Assembly: GCA_964634375.1 (NCBI GenBank)
Contig: CAZWIQ010000003.1
Span: forward strand, 1 to 42,389
DNA from: Candidatus Micrarchaeota archaeon
GTDB lineage: Archaea; Micrarchaeota; Micrarchaeia; Norongarragalinales; Norongarragalinaceae
DNA: 42,389 bases
Direction: 5' to 3'
Within the stretch, counting starts at the first letter, position 1, and each line of letters starts with the position of its first letter. Of this stretch, positions 35,837-42,389 are shown piece after piece. Position numbers and translations under genes: made by a program. The notes under the pieces are model-generated. The model was not told the origin of the DNA. It made no database searches and saw only the letters and a program-made list of their open reading frames with translations.

Positions 35837-36061
35837 TTGGCGCGGAAGGAATTCATTTTTTCGAAGCACTACCGCGAAGACAAGGACATCGACGTAAGCC
35901 TTGCAGTAGACTGCATTCACACGGGAAAAAAGGAACCGGAAGAAGAACCGAACAAATTCAAGGCGCGGAAAAACTACCGGAAAGGCGAGTTAATCGTCGT
36001 TTTCAAGGACTGCGGCGAGTATTTTTTCGTGGTAACCGCTTTTTGGAACGTCAGGAAATGA
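35837..36061 (+). CDS. DUF4258-like putative toxin (74 aa)
   Basis: FIFSKHYREDKDIDVSLAVDCIHTGKK...GELIVVFKDCGEYFFVVTAFW fits the DUF4258 pattern (f.S.H.......I......i..G, then l.VV.....i.VvTay) from memory. TTG start. Confidence 0.45.
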   Translation: MARKEFIFSKHYREDKDIDVSLAVDCIHTGKKEPEEEPNKFKARKNYRKGELIVVFKDCGEYFFVVTAFWNVRK

Positions 36062-36082
36062 GAAAGCAAGGGAGTGATGGGC

Positions 36083-36409
36083 ATGGCTTTGAATCTCGAC
36101 GGAAAAAAGTGTTGCGCGTGCGGCAAAGGCAGGCTCCGCAAGATTCAGGATGAAATCGAACCCGGCATTTTCGTCGAAGCGTTCAAGTGCAGTGAATGCA
36201 ACGAAATCGTTTACCCCCAGCATGTCATGGAAAAAGTGGAGGCGTTGTACCGCGACAAAGCTGCCGAACGCAGTTTAATCAAAGTCGGCGCTAGCTTGGC
36301 GTTCGCGATTCCGAGCGAAATCGTGAAAAAACTGGGGTTGCGTCCGAAGGAAAAAGTTTTCATTACGAGCAAGGGAAACGAAATCATCGCGCGCGTTTCC
36401 CAAGCGTGA
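36083..36409 (+). CDS. Putative antitoxin: MqsA/YgiT-like zinc ribbon fused to an AbrB/SpoVT-type DNA-binding domain
   Basis: CCACGKGRL...FKCSECNEIV, then IKVGASLAFAIPSEIVKKLGLRPKEKVFI. GGGAGTGA lies upstream. Alternative starts are at 36074 and 36077. Confidence 0.55.
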   Translation: MALNLDGKKCCACGKGRLRKIQDEIEPGIFVEAFKCSECNEIVYPQHVMEKVEALYRDKAAERSLIKVGASLAFAIPSEIVKKLGLRPKEKVFITSKGNEIIARVSQA

Positions 36410-36437
36410 AAAACTAGTTTCAACATGGCGACGAATA

Positions 36438-36995
36438 ATGGGTTTGGGTAGCGTTAGAAACGCGGCAGCCATTCTGCGGCAAGAAAAGTACGCGAGCGTA
36501 TTGCGCCTAAGAGACACGGAGATAATACCCCGCGGAAGTTGGCTGGGCATACTCGTTCCAGCAAGAGGATACGAACGCATTTCCAGAGAAGACTTATTGA
36601 GGCCAAGGTGCATCGCTAAAAGAATACCCGCACTGCCGTTAGCGACTGAATTAGGAGACGCTTTAAGGCGAGAAGAATTTGCGCCTATCGTCGAGGTAGG
36701 CAACGAGGCACGCGCGGAAGGACGCATGAGATTCTATCACGAGCTTGTAGCAAAAGAGTTACCTGAAGAAGTTCAAAAAAGAATGAAAAAATTAGGAGAA
36801 GAACAAGAAAAAGCAAGAACACGTTGCGGGCAGTCCACTGGCGATGCGCCTTCACATAAACAGAGTTGGAAAATAGCCGACAGGAATGCAAAGGCGCTAT
36901 TCGCGTTGGCGCAAGACCCGCCCGATTACGAACCTTTGTTGGCTGCGCTTAAAACGCTTACGGCGCGGGCAATGACGGTGAAGGCTAAGAGTTGA
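36438..36995 (+). CDS. Hypothetical protein (185 aa), no recognisable domain
   Basis: The ORF fills the gap between the antitoxin and nrdG on the same strand. It appears lower in GC than the backbone (not counted). Coding status is uncertain. Confidence 0.35.
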   Translation: MGLGSVRNAAAILRQEKYASVLRLRDTEIIPRGSWLGILVPARGYERISREDLLRPRCIAKRIPALPLATELGDALRREEFAPIVEVGNEARAEGRMRFYHELVAKELPEEVQKRMKKLGEEQEKARTRCGQSTGDAPSHKQSWKIADRNAKALFALAQDPPDYEPLLAALKTLTARAMTVKAKS

Positions 36996-37001
36996 ACAAA
37001 C

Positions 37002-37715
37002 ATGCTCGACATCAAAGGATTAATGCCTACGTCGCTAATCGAATACCCCGGCAAAATCGCCGCCGTCGTCTTCTTGAACGGCTGCAACTTCCGTTGCCCC
37101 TTCTGCCAAAACGCGAGCCTCGCCCTCGGCACCGAGCAAGCGCCGTCGATTCCTCGCGAGCAAGTCCTGAACTTTCTCAAAAGCCGCAAGAAGTGGCTCG
37201 ACGGAGTCGCGATAACGGGAGGCGAACCAACGCTCGCGGGAAGCGAGTTAATCGACTTCATCAAGGAAGTCAAGGCGCTCGGCTTCGCGGTCGAACTCGA
37301 GACGAACGGCTCCAGCCCCGAACTGCTTCACGAACTCATGAAAAACCGTCTCGTCGATTACTACGCGATGGACTACAAGGCGCCGCTCGACGATTACGAC
37401 CGCGTCACTGGAACGAAAGTCGATAAGGATAAAATCAAGGAAAGCGCGAAAATGCTGATTCGGGAACAAGAAAGCGCTTGCTTTGATTACGAGTTCCGCG
37501 CAACCGTCGTACCAAGGCTGTTCGACGAGCGCACCGCGTTGCGCGTAGCGCAAGAACTCAAAGGCGCGCGCCGATTTTTCCTGCAGCAGTTTCAAGCGCG
37601 CGATTGCCTCGACGCCTCGTTCAACAAGCTCGCCGCGTTTCCGCCGAAGCGCCTGCAGGAATTCGCGCAAATCATGAAGCCTTTCATCGCGGAAGTCAAA
37701 ACGCGCGGAACCTAA
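37002..37715 (+). CDS. nrdG: Anaerobic ribonucleotide reductase activating protein (radical SAM)
   Basis: SLIEYPGKIAAVVFLNGCNFRCPFCQN (CxxxCxxC), GVAITGGEPTL, and an archaeal NrdG-type length and layout. Confidence 0.9.
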   Translation: MLDIKGLMPTSLIEYPGKIAAVVFLNGCNFRCPFCQNASLALGTEQAPSIPREQVLNFLKSRKKWLDGVAITGGEPTLAGSELIDFIKEVKALGFAVELETNGSSPELLHELMKNRLVDYYAMDYKAPLDDYDRVTGTKVDKDKIKESAKMLIREQESACFDYEFRATVVPRLFDERTALRVAQELKGARRFFLQQFQARDCLDASFNKLAAFPPKRLQEFAQIMKPFIAEVKTRGT

Positions 37716-37788
37716 TTTTCTTTCAGATACAATTCACTGGAAGGCTACCTCCGAAAAACAATTGAATTCGCTCGGCATAACCAATCAC

Positions 37789-38703
37789 ATGACTGCAGCA
37801 ATCAAAAATTATGACGACCCGAATTACCTAATCGAACAACTTGAAACAAAAAACTATTTGGAAATAGCGAGAGAAAACAAGGTCGGCAAATCCACAATCC
37901 AACGAAAGCTTAACGCGTTTGGTTTGACGAGAAAAACAAGCGATTGGGCTCCTGAAGAAATAAGGTGCCTAACCAGAAATTATGAATCCGCGGCAATCCA
38001 CAAGCTGTTCCCAGACAGAACAAAAAGTTCCGTTTATCATGAAGCCAATCGCATTGGAGTAAGTAAAGATTCTTGGGGACGGGAGTATAGCGTCAACGAA
38101 AACTTCTTCGAACACCGGAATAGAGAATCCGCGTATTTTCTGGGTTGGATGTACAGCGACGGAAATGTTTCGAAAGACTACAAACGATTTGGGCTTCACC
38201 TCCAAACGGGAGATATAGAAATTCTCAGAAAAATGAAGCGAGCCCTCAAAAGCGAACACAAAATCAAGACCTACAAAAACTCCGCTACGTTTTACGTTCA
38301 CGATAAAAAAATGTGCAGAAGTTTAGCAAAATTGGGTTGCGGACCTCGAAAAACCTTGAAGATACGACTGCCAAAAATTCCGAAACGCTTTCTGAACCAT
38401 TTCGTTAGGGGCTATTTTGACGGAGATGGCAGCATCATGTTTAATTACCCGAACACGATAAAAATTAGGTTCGTAGGATACGAAAAATTTTTGGCGGATT
38501 TAGCCGAAAAAATACGGAAACGGCTCAGAATCCCAACACCGAAAATAACGAAAAGTAATAAGGGAAACGTCTGGAGCGTCAACTACTACGGGGATAACGC
38601 CAGAAAAATTTGTTTTTGGATGTACTCCGGCGCGGGAAATCTCGTTTTGAAAAGAAAGAAAAAGAGATTCGAAAAACACATGAGAATAAGGGATGCTAAA
38701 TGA
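37789..38703 (+). CDS. Free-standing double-motif LAGLIDADG homing endonuclease with an N-terminal HTH
   Basis: The two LAGLIDADG motifs are YFLGWMYSDGNV and FVRGYFDGDGSI. The HTH is IARENKVGKSTIQRKLNAFGL. A hand count gives 23/60 GC in 38281-38340. An ATGA overlap links it to pth2. Confidence 0.8.
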   Translation: MTAAIKNYDDPNYLIEQLETKNYLEIARENKVGKSTIQRKLNAFGLTRKTSDWAPEEIRCLTRNYESAAIHKLFPDRTKSSVYHEANRIGVSKDSWGREYSVNENFFEHRNRESAYFLGWMYSDGNVSKDYKRFGLHLQTGDIEILRKMKRALKSEHKIKTYKNSATFYVHDKKMCRSLAKLGCGPRKTLKIRLPKIPKRFLNHFVRGYFDGDGSIMFNYPNTIKIRFVGYEKFLADLAEKIRKRLRIPTPKITKSNKGNVWSVNYYGDNARKICFWMYSGAGNLVLKRKKKRFEKHMRIRDAK

Positions 38704-39047
38704 GCGGTTTAAAACAGGCGTTGATTGTTAGAAGCGACTTGGGAATGGGACGGGGAAAGATGGCTAGCCAGTGCGCTCACGCAAGCGTCCTCGCCCTCGA
38801 CAAGGCCGACGAACGCGACGCCGCAGAGTGGCGCGCGGAAGGAATGAAGAAAATATGCTTGAAAGTCAACAGCGAAAAGGAATTAATCGAAATATTCAAT
38901 CAAGCCAAGAAAGCAAAACTTCCGGCAGCGCTCGTGCGCGACGCGGGCTTCACGCAAATCGAGGCGGGCACCGCGACCGCCGTCGGAATCGGACCGGCGG
39001 GCGAAGCGAGCGTCGACGCGGTGACGGAAAAACTCAAGCTGCTTTAA
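38700..39047 (+). CDS. pth2: Peptidyl-tRNA hydrolase, archaeal/eukaryotic Pth2 type
   Basis: KQALIVRSDLGMGRGKMASQCAHAS...KICLKV...LVRDAGFTQIEAGTATAVGIGP. Confidence 0.9.
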   Translation: MSGLKQALIVRSDLGMGRGKMASQCAHASVLALDKADERDAAEWRAEGMKKICLKVNSEKELIEIFNQAKKAKLPAALVRDAGFTQIEAGTATAVGIGPAGEASVDAVTEKLKLL

Positions 39048-39129
39048 GCCGACGAAATCGGCGAAACGAAGCTCGCCGCCCGTAAATTGAAAAAGCTTTA
39101 AAGACACCGCCGCCACAAATTCTCTCGCC

Positions 39130-39915
39130 ATGTTAAACGAAACGCATCCTTTCCACCTCGCCAAGCGAGTCCGCTCGAGATTGGGCACCGAATTTCAAAC
39201 GTTGAGCCAAAAGCACCCGGTCGAGCCGAGAAATTTAAACATCAGCCTTCGCGCCACGCCAAACGAACTGGAACTGATTTTCAGCGCCACCCCACCGTCA
39301 TCGCTCGCTTGGAGGAGCGTATCGCCGTCCCAACGCCGCTTCATTCCGGGCGCGGGAAGCGAAGAACGCCTGGCAAAACTCAGTGCGGCAATCGCCGCGT
39401 TTCAAGATGCTTTCGCAGTAGGAATCAACTCGACGAAAGGCATCAGCGCGTTCCTCGGAAAAGGGATTCGCGTGGACAACAAAACCCCGGGCGACCCGAG
39501 AAGCAAAGTCAGAGTCCGATTCGTAAACCCGGTTTTCGACGAAGGCTTCGCGCCTTACACCGAACGAAAAGAGGAAAAGGAGTTGATGGACGCGCAGCAC
39601 GAAGCGAAGCGGCTCATCGCGGGAACGATGACTCAAATAGAGCGCGAAAAAAGCTTTGAGGAAAGAAAGAGAATCTTCAACGCCGCCGAAGCGGCGATTG
39701 TCAAGCTCGAAGAAAAGGCAAAACCGTTCGCAGACAGATTCGCCGTGTCACGGGAAATGCAGGAACTGCTCCCCCGCGCGCAAATACGAACGGAAGTCGC
39801 GTTCAAAGCCGAGCTCCGAAACGAGTTGAGGGCGAGACACGGGCCTTTTGCGCAACGGCTCGGGCTAATAAAAAGCCATGTAGGCGCCTACAAGCAGTTG
39901 CCGCAAAGGCACTGA
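39130..39915 (+). CDS. Hypothetical protein (261 aa)
   Basis: Backbone-like composition and a coiled-coil-like C-terminal half. I recognise no motif. Confidence 0.5.
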   Translation: MLNETHPFHLAKRVRSRLGTEFQTLSQKHPVEPRNLNISLRATPNELELIFSATPPSSLAWRSVSPSQRRFIPGAGSEERLAKLSAAIAAFQDAFAVGINSTKGISAFLGKGIRVDNKTPGDPRSKVRVRFVNPVFDEGFAPYTERKEEKELMDAQHEAKRLIAGTMTQIEREKSFEERKRIFNAAEAAIVKLEEKAKPFADRFAVSREMQELLPRAQIRTEVAFKAELRNELRARHGPFAQRLGLIKSHVGAYKQLPQRH

Positions 39916-39941
39916 CCGGCAGCCCGTCCGGCATCCCGCCG

Positions 39942-40325
39942 TCAACGCAAATCAAGCACTTGCTCGAGCGTCAAGCCCATGCTCCAATCCTTGTCCCCGA
40001 GAACGAAAGCCATGCCCGTTTCGCGCAGGCAGTCGAGAGGAAAGAATTTCCACTCGCGCCGCGGCGCCTTCCACGCGACGTAGACGGGCACGCCCGCGCC
40101 GTTCTGCCACTCGCGCATTATCGCAATCTTCGGTTTTTCGATGCTTGGGCCGTGCTGCCACGCCTTGCACTCCACCGCGAATTTCTTGCGCGAGCTCAGC
40201 ACGACTAGGTCGGGGCTCAAGCCGTCAACGCCCGAAGAAGCGCTCCTGACTACGACTAATCCTTTGGCTCGCAGCAAGTCGCGCAACTGCCGTTCGAACG
40301 CCGCGCCTTTAGCGTAGTGGCTCAC
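39942..40325 (-). CDS. hjc: Holliday junction resolvase Hjc
   Basis: KGAAFERQLRDLLRAKGLVVVRSASSG....PDLVVL....FAVECKA carries the E...D...ExK nuclease motif and has Hjc-typical length. Confidence 0.85.
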   Translation of the reverse strand: MSHYAKGAAFERQLRDLLRAKGLVVVRSASSGVDGLSPDLVVLSSRKKFAVECKAWQHGPSIEKPKIAIMREWQNGAGVPVYVAWKAPRREWKFFPLDCLRETGMAFVLGDKDWSMGLTLEQVLDLR

Positions 40326-40495
40326 GATTAAAGCTAGGCTGCGGGGGAATTAAAGCAAGACGGTAAAAAAGGCGGTTAAAAACGGCGGAAAAAATATAAA
40401 AATCGGTTTCGCACGCGTCAACGCTCTTCGCCGTCCGTCGTTCTGCGGCAATCCAGCCTACGCGTTTTTAAACCGCCTCGCCCAAAAGTATCGTC

Positions 40496-40921
40496 ATGGA
40501 GACAGGGATTAAGGTAGGAGACTGCATGAAGACTGCCCTGGTGACTATCGACGAGAATGCTTCAGTATACGACGCGGCAGCGCTGATGAAAAAGAAAAAC
40601 GTTAGCGGCTTGTTCGTGACCAACGCGAAAGGCGAAGTCCACGCGATGATTACGGACGCCGACATCGTGAAGCGCGCGGTCGCGCCGAAGAAAATGAATG
40701 TTAAAATCAAGGATGTCGCGTCGAAGCCGTTAATCGGCATCGACGCCTCGCGCGACATAAGCGAGGCGGCGAAGCTCATGGGAACGCGCGACGTCAAGCG
40801 CCTCGTAGTCTTCAAGCAAAAGCAAGTCGCCGGAATAATTTCCGTGAAGGACATTATTCGCATTTCTCCCTCCTTGTATGACCTGGTGGCCGAAACGGCC
40901 GCCGCGCACGCTTACGCCTGA
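40496..40921 (+). CDS. CBS-domain pair protein
   Basis: Two CBS repeats: VGDCMKTALVTIDENASVYDAAALMKKKNVSGLFV and IKDVASKPLIGIDASRDISEAAKLMGTRDVKRLVV. Confidence 0.85.
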   Translation: METGIKVGDCMKTALVTIDENASVYDAAALMKKKNVSGLFVTNAKGEVHAMITDADIVKRAVAPKKMNVKIKDVASKPLIGIDASRDISEAAKLMGTRDVKRLVVFKQKQVAGIISVKDIIRISPSLYDLVAETAAAHAYA

Positions 40922-40991
40922 AAAGGCGGCAAAACGCGGGCGAACGCGGTTTCTCCGAAGACAACGGCGTTTTCCTAGGCGACGCCACGAA

Positions 40992-41432
40992 ATGGATGTT
41001 GAATCGACGCGCAAGCTTTTGGAGAAGACGAAACGCGGGCTGGACGATCGCGTCGTAATCGTCGAAGGCAAGCGCGACGAACGAGCGCTCCGCGAAAGCG
41101 GTTTCGCGCCGACCGCGCCAATCGTCAAAGCGGGCGGCAAAAACGCGGGCGAAACCGCGAAGCACGCGGTCGAAGCGCGGAAACGCGAAAAACAAGAAAT
41201 CGCGGTGTTGACGGACTACGACGGGGAAGGCGAACGGCGCGCTGCGGAAATCAACGAAGCGCTCCTCGCACTCGGAGTCGCGCCGGACTCCGCGTTGCGG
41301 CGCAATTTCAGGCGTTTGCTTGGAGTCAATTGCGTCGAAGACGCGCCGACCGCGCTCGAAAGGCTTGAAGAACGGCTGGCGCCCGAAGGAAAAGGAAAAA
41401 GAAGAACGAACAGAAGCGCGATCAAAAAATAA
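40992..41432 (+). CDS. Small stand-alone Toprim-domain protein (COG1658/RNase M5-like)
   Basis: VVIVEGKRDERAL (Toprim Glu) and AVLTDYDGEGE (DxD). ATG 40992 is preferred; the listed 40878 extension is Arg-rich. Confidence 0.7.
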   Translation: MDVESTRKLLEKTKRGLDDRVVIVEGKRDERALRESGFAPTAPIVKAGGKNAGETAKHAVEARKREKQEIAVLTDYDGEGERRAAEINEALLALGVAPDSALRRNFRRLLGVNCVEDAPTALERLEERLAPEGKGKRRTNRSAIKK

Positions 41433-41530
41433 AATGAAAAGAAAAAATAACGCGAAAAGAAGAAAAGAAAAAAAAATCGAAAAGAAAAAAACGACGAGAA
41501 AACAGGAAACAAGAAAACGGAAAAGGTGAT
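41433..41530 (+). repeat. ~100-nt A-rich polypurine spacer between the Toprim gene and dnaG
   Basis: Read directly: AAATGAAAAGAAAAAATAACGCGAAAAGAAGAAAAGAAAAAAAAATCGAAAAGAAAAAAACG.... Confidence 0.6.
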
Positions 41531-41535
41531 ACGGA

Positions 41536-42389
41536 ATGGGAAAAACTTACGTTGACGCGGTGAAATACCTCGTACGCGCCAATTTCGAAATAGACGGAAT
41601 CGTGGAAAAACCGGACATCGTGGGCGCCGTATTCGGGCAAACGGAAGGATTGCTCGGAAACGAACTCGACTTGCGCGAACTCCAGAAAAACGGCCGCATC
41701 GGCCGCATAGAGGTCGACGCGCAAGTGCGCGGCGGAAAAACAACTGGAACGATTCTCGTTCCGTCATCGCTCGACATGGTCGAGACGAGCATTCTCGCTG
41801 CGTCTCTCGAAATCGTTGACCGGGTGGGGCCGTGCGACGCGCGCATCGGCGTGCAACGCATCGAAGACTCGCGAAATTTAAAGCGCAAGCAAGTGCTCGA
41901 ACGCGCGAAGAACCTCTTGAAGAATCTCGTTGACACCGAAATCCCGGAAAGCAAGGAGTTGCGCGAACTCGTCAGCGAGAATCTCAAAACCGCGGAAATC
42001 CGCAGTTTCGGCGAAGACGCGTTGCCCGCAGGGCCCGGAATCACGACCGCCGAAGAAATAATCGTCGTCGAAGGCAGGGCGGACGTGATCAACCTCCTGC
42101 GCAACGGCATCACGAACGTGGTCGCAATCGGCGGCGCGAACGTGGGCAAAACCATCGCGGAGTTGGGACGCAAGAAGGAAGTCACCGCGTTTCTCGATGG
42201 CGACCGCGGCGGAGACATAATTCTGCGCGAACTCATGAACGCGACCGACGTCGACTTCGTCGCGCGCGCTCCGCCTGGCAAGGAAGTTGAGGAGTTGGCG
42301 CGCAAGGAAATAATCAAGAGCCTGCGCGGACGCATTCCAGCCGAGCAAGTCGCGGGTTACGCCGACATAATGAAGGAACGCGCCGAAGG
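41536..42389 (+). CDS. dnaG: Archaeal DnaG primase/exosome-associated Toprim protein, 3' end outside the window (absent from the supplied track)
   Basis: Hand translation gives MGKTYVDAVKYLVRANFEIDGIVEKPDIVGAVFGQTEGLLGNELDLRELQKNGRIGRIEVD... and Toprim IIVVEGRADVINLL...AFLDGDRGGD. AGGTGAT lies 5 nt upstream of the ATG. There is no stop before the window end. Confidence 0.9.
   Translation, partial: MGKTYVDAVKYLVRANFEIDGIVEKPDIVGAVFGQTEGLLGNELDLRELQKNGRIGRIEVDAQVRGGKTTGTILVPSSLDMVETSILAASLEIVDRVGPCDARIGVQRIEDSRNLKRKQVLERAKNLLKNLVDTEIPESKELRELVSENLKTAEIRSFGEDALPAGPGITTAEEIIVVEGRADVINLLRNGITNVVAIGGANVGKTIAELGRKKEVTAFLDGDRGGDIILRELMNATDVDFVARAPPGKEVEELARKEIIKSLRGRIPAEQVAGYADIMKERAE

Noticed and set aside
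36275-36727. A 150-aa minus-strand ORF spanning the antitoxin gene and the start of the orphan ORF.
   Set aside because: It overlaps a plus-strand gene that has clear zinc-ribbon/AbrB motifs, and it has no start context or recognisable motif of its own.
41320-41529. A 69-aa Lys/Arg-rich ORF, and its internal 31-codon ATG ORF at 41434, considered as a tiny basic ribosomal-type protein such as L41e.
   Set aside because: It overlaps the 3' end of the Toprim gene in another frame. Its composition simply mirrors the polypurine tract (AAA/AAG/AGA codons), and it contains many Glu residues, unlike L41e.
41547-42348. Long minus-strand ORFs (262 aa and 156 aa) listed in the track opposite the 3' end of the window.
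   Set aside because: The plus strand here encodes an unmistakable archaeal DnaG with a perfect SD. The minus-strand frames are Ser/Arg-rich shadow ORFs produced by the codon bias.

Overview
The window looks archaeal. It carries ABCE1, Pelota, the RFC small subunit, Hjc, archaeal DnaG, Cdc48, Pth2, PEP synthase and an archaeal-type MiaB/MtaB. Many starts are preceded by GGTG/GAGGTG(A) Shine-Dalgarno-like leaders, GTG/TTG starts are frequent, and several gene pairs have 4-nt ATGA/GTGA stop-start overlaps. Hand counts put the backbone near 60% GC, with several inserts at about 30-47% GC. I call about 47 protein genes. By eye I found no rRNA, tRNA or CRISPR array. The supplied track omits one real gene, dnaG (41536 to the window end), because that ORF has no stop inside the window.

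Three regions stand out.

1. Class III ribonucleotide reductase locus (32.4-37.7 kb). Two bacterial-type NrdR boxes, one overlapping the TATA-like element, precede an ORF in which a complete NrdR module (zinc ribbon plus ATP-cone) is fused in frame to ATP-cone-NrdD. The glycyl-radical tail of NrdD sits on a separate 77-aa ORF with its own SD. An NrdH-like redoxin follows. The activase nrdG is separated from the rest by a toxin-antitoxin-like pair plus an orphan ORF, and a free-standing LAGLIDADG endonuclease gene follows it.

2. Low-GC defence islet (6.5-11.1 kb). A type IIG restriction-modification fusion enzyme changes composition abruptly just after its NPPY motif. It is translationally coupled to a Schlafen-type AlbA_2/HATPase_c_4/wHTH protein.

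3. Ribosome-rescue and quality-control genes. ABCE1 and Pelota are divergent neighbours. A half-size NFACT-R/DUF814 (Rqc2/NEMF C-terminal) protein is stop-start coupled to topA and lies directly upstream of cdc48.

All functional calls come from motif recognition by eye; no database search was run.
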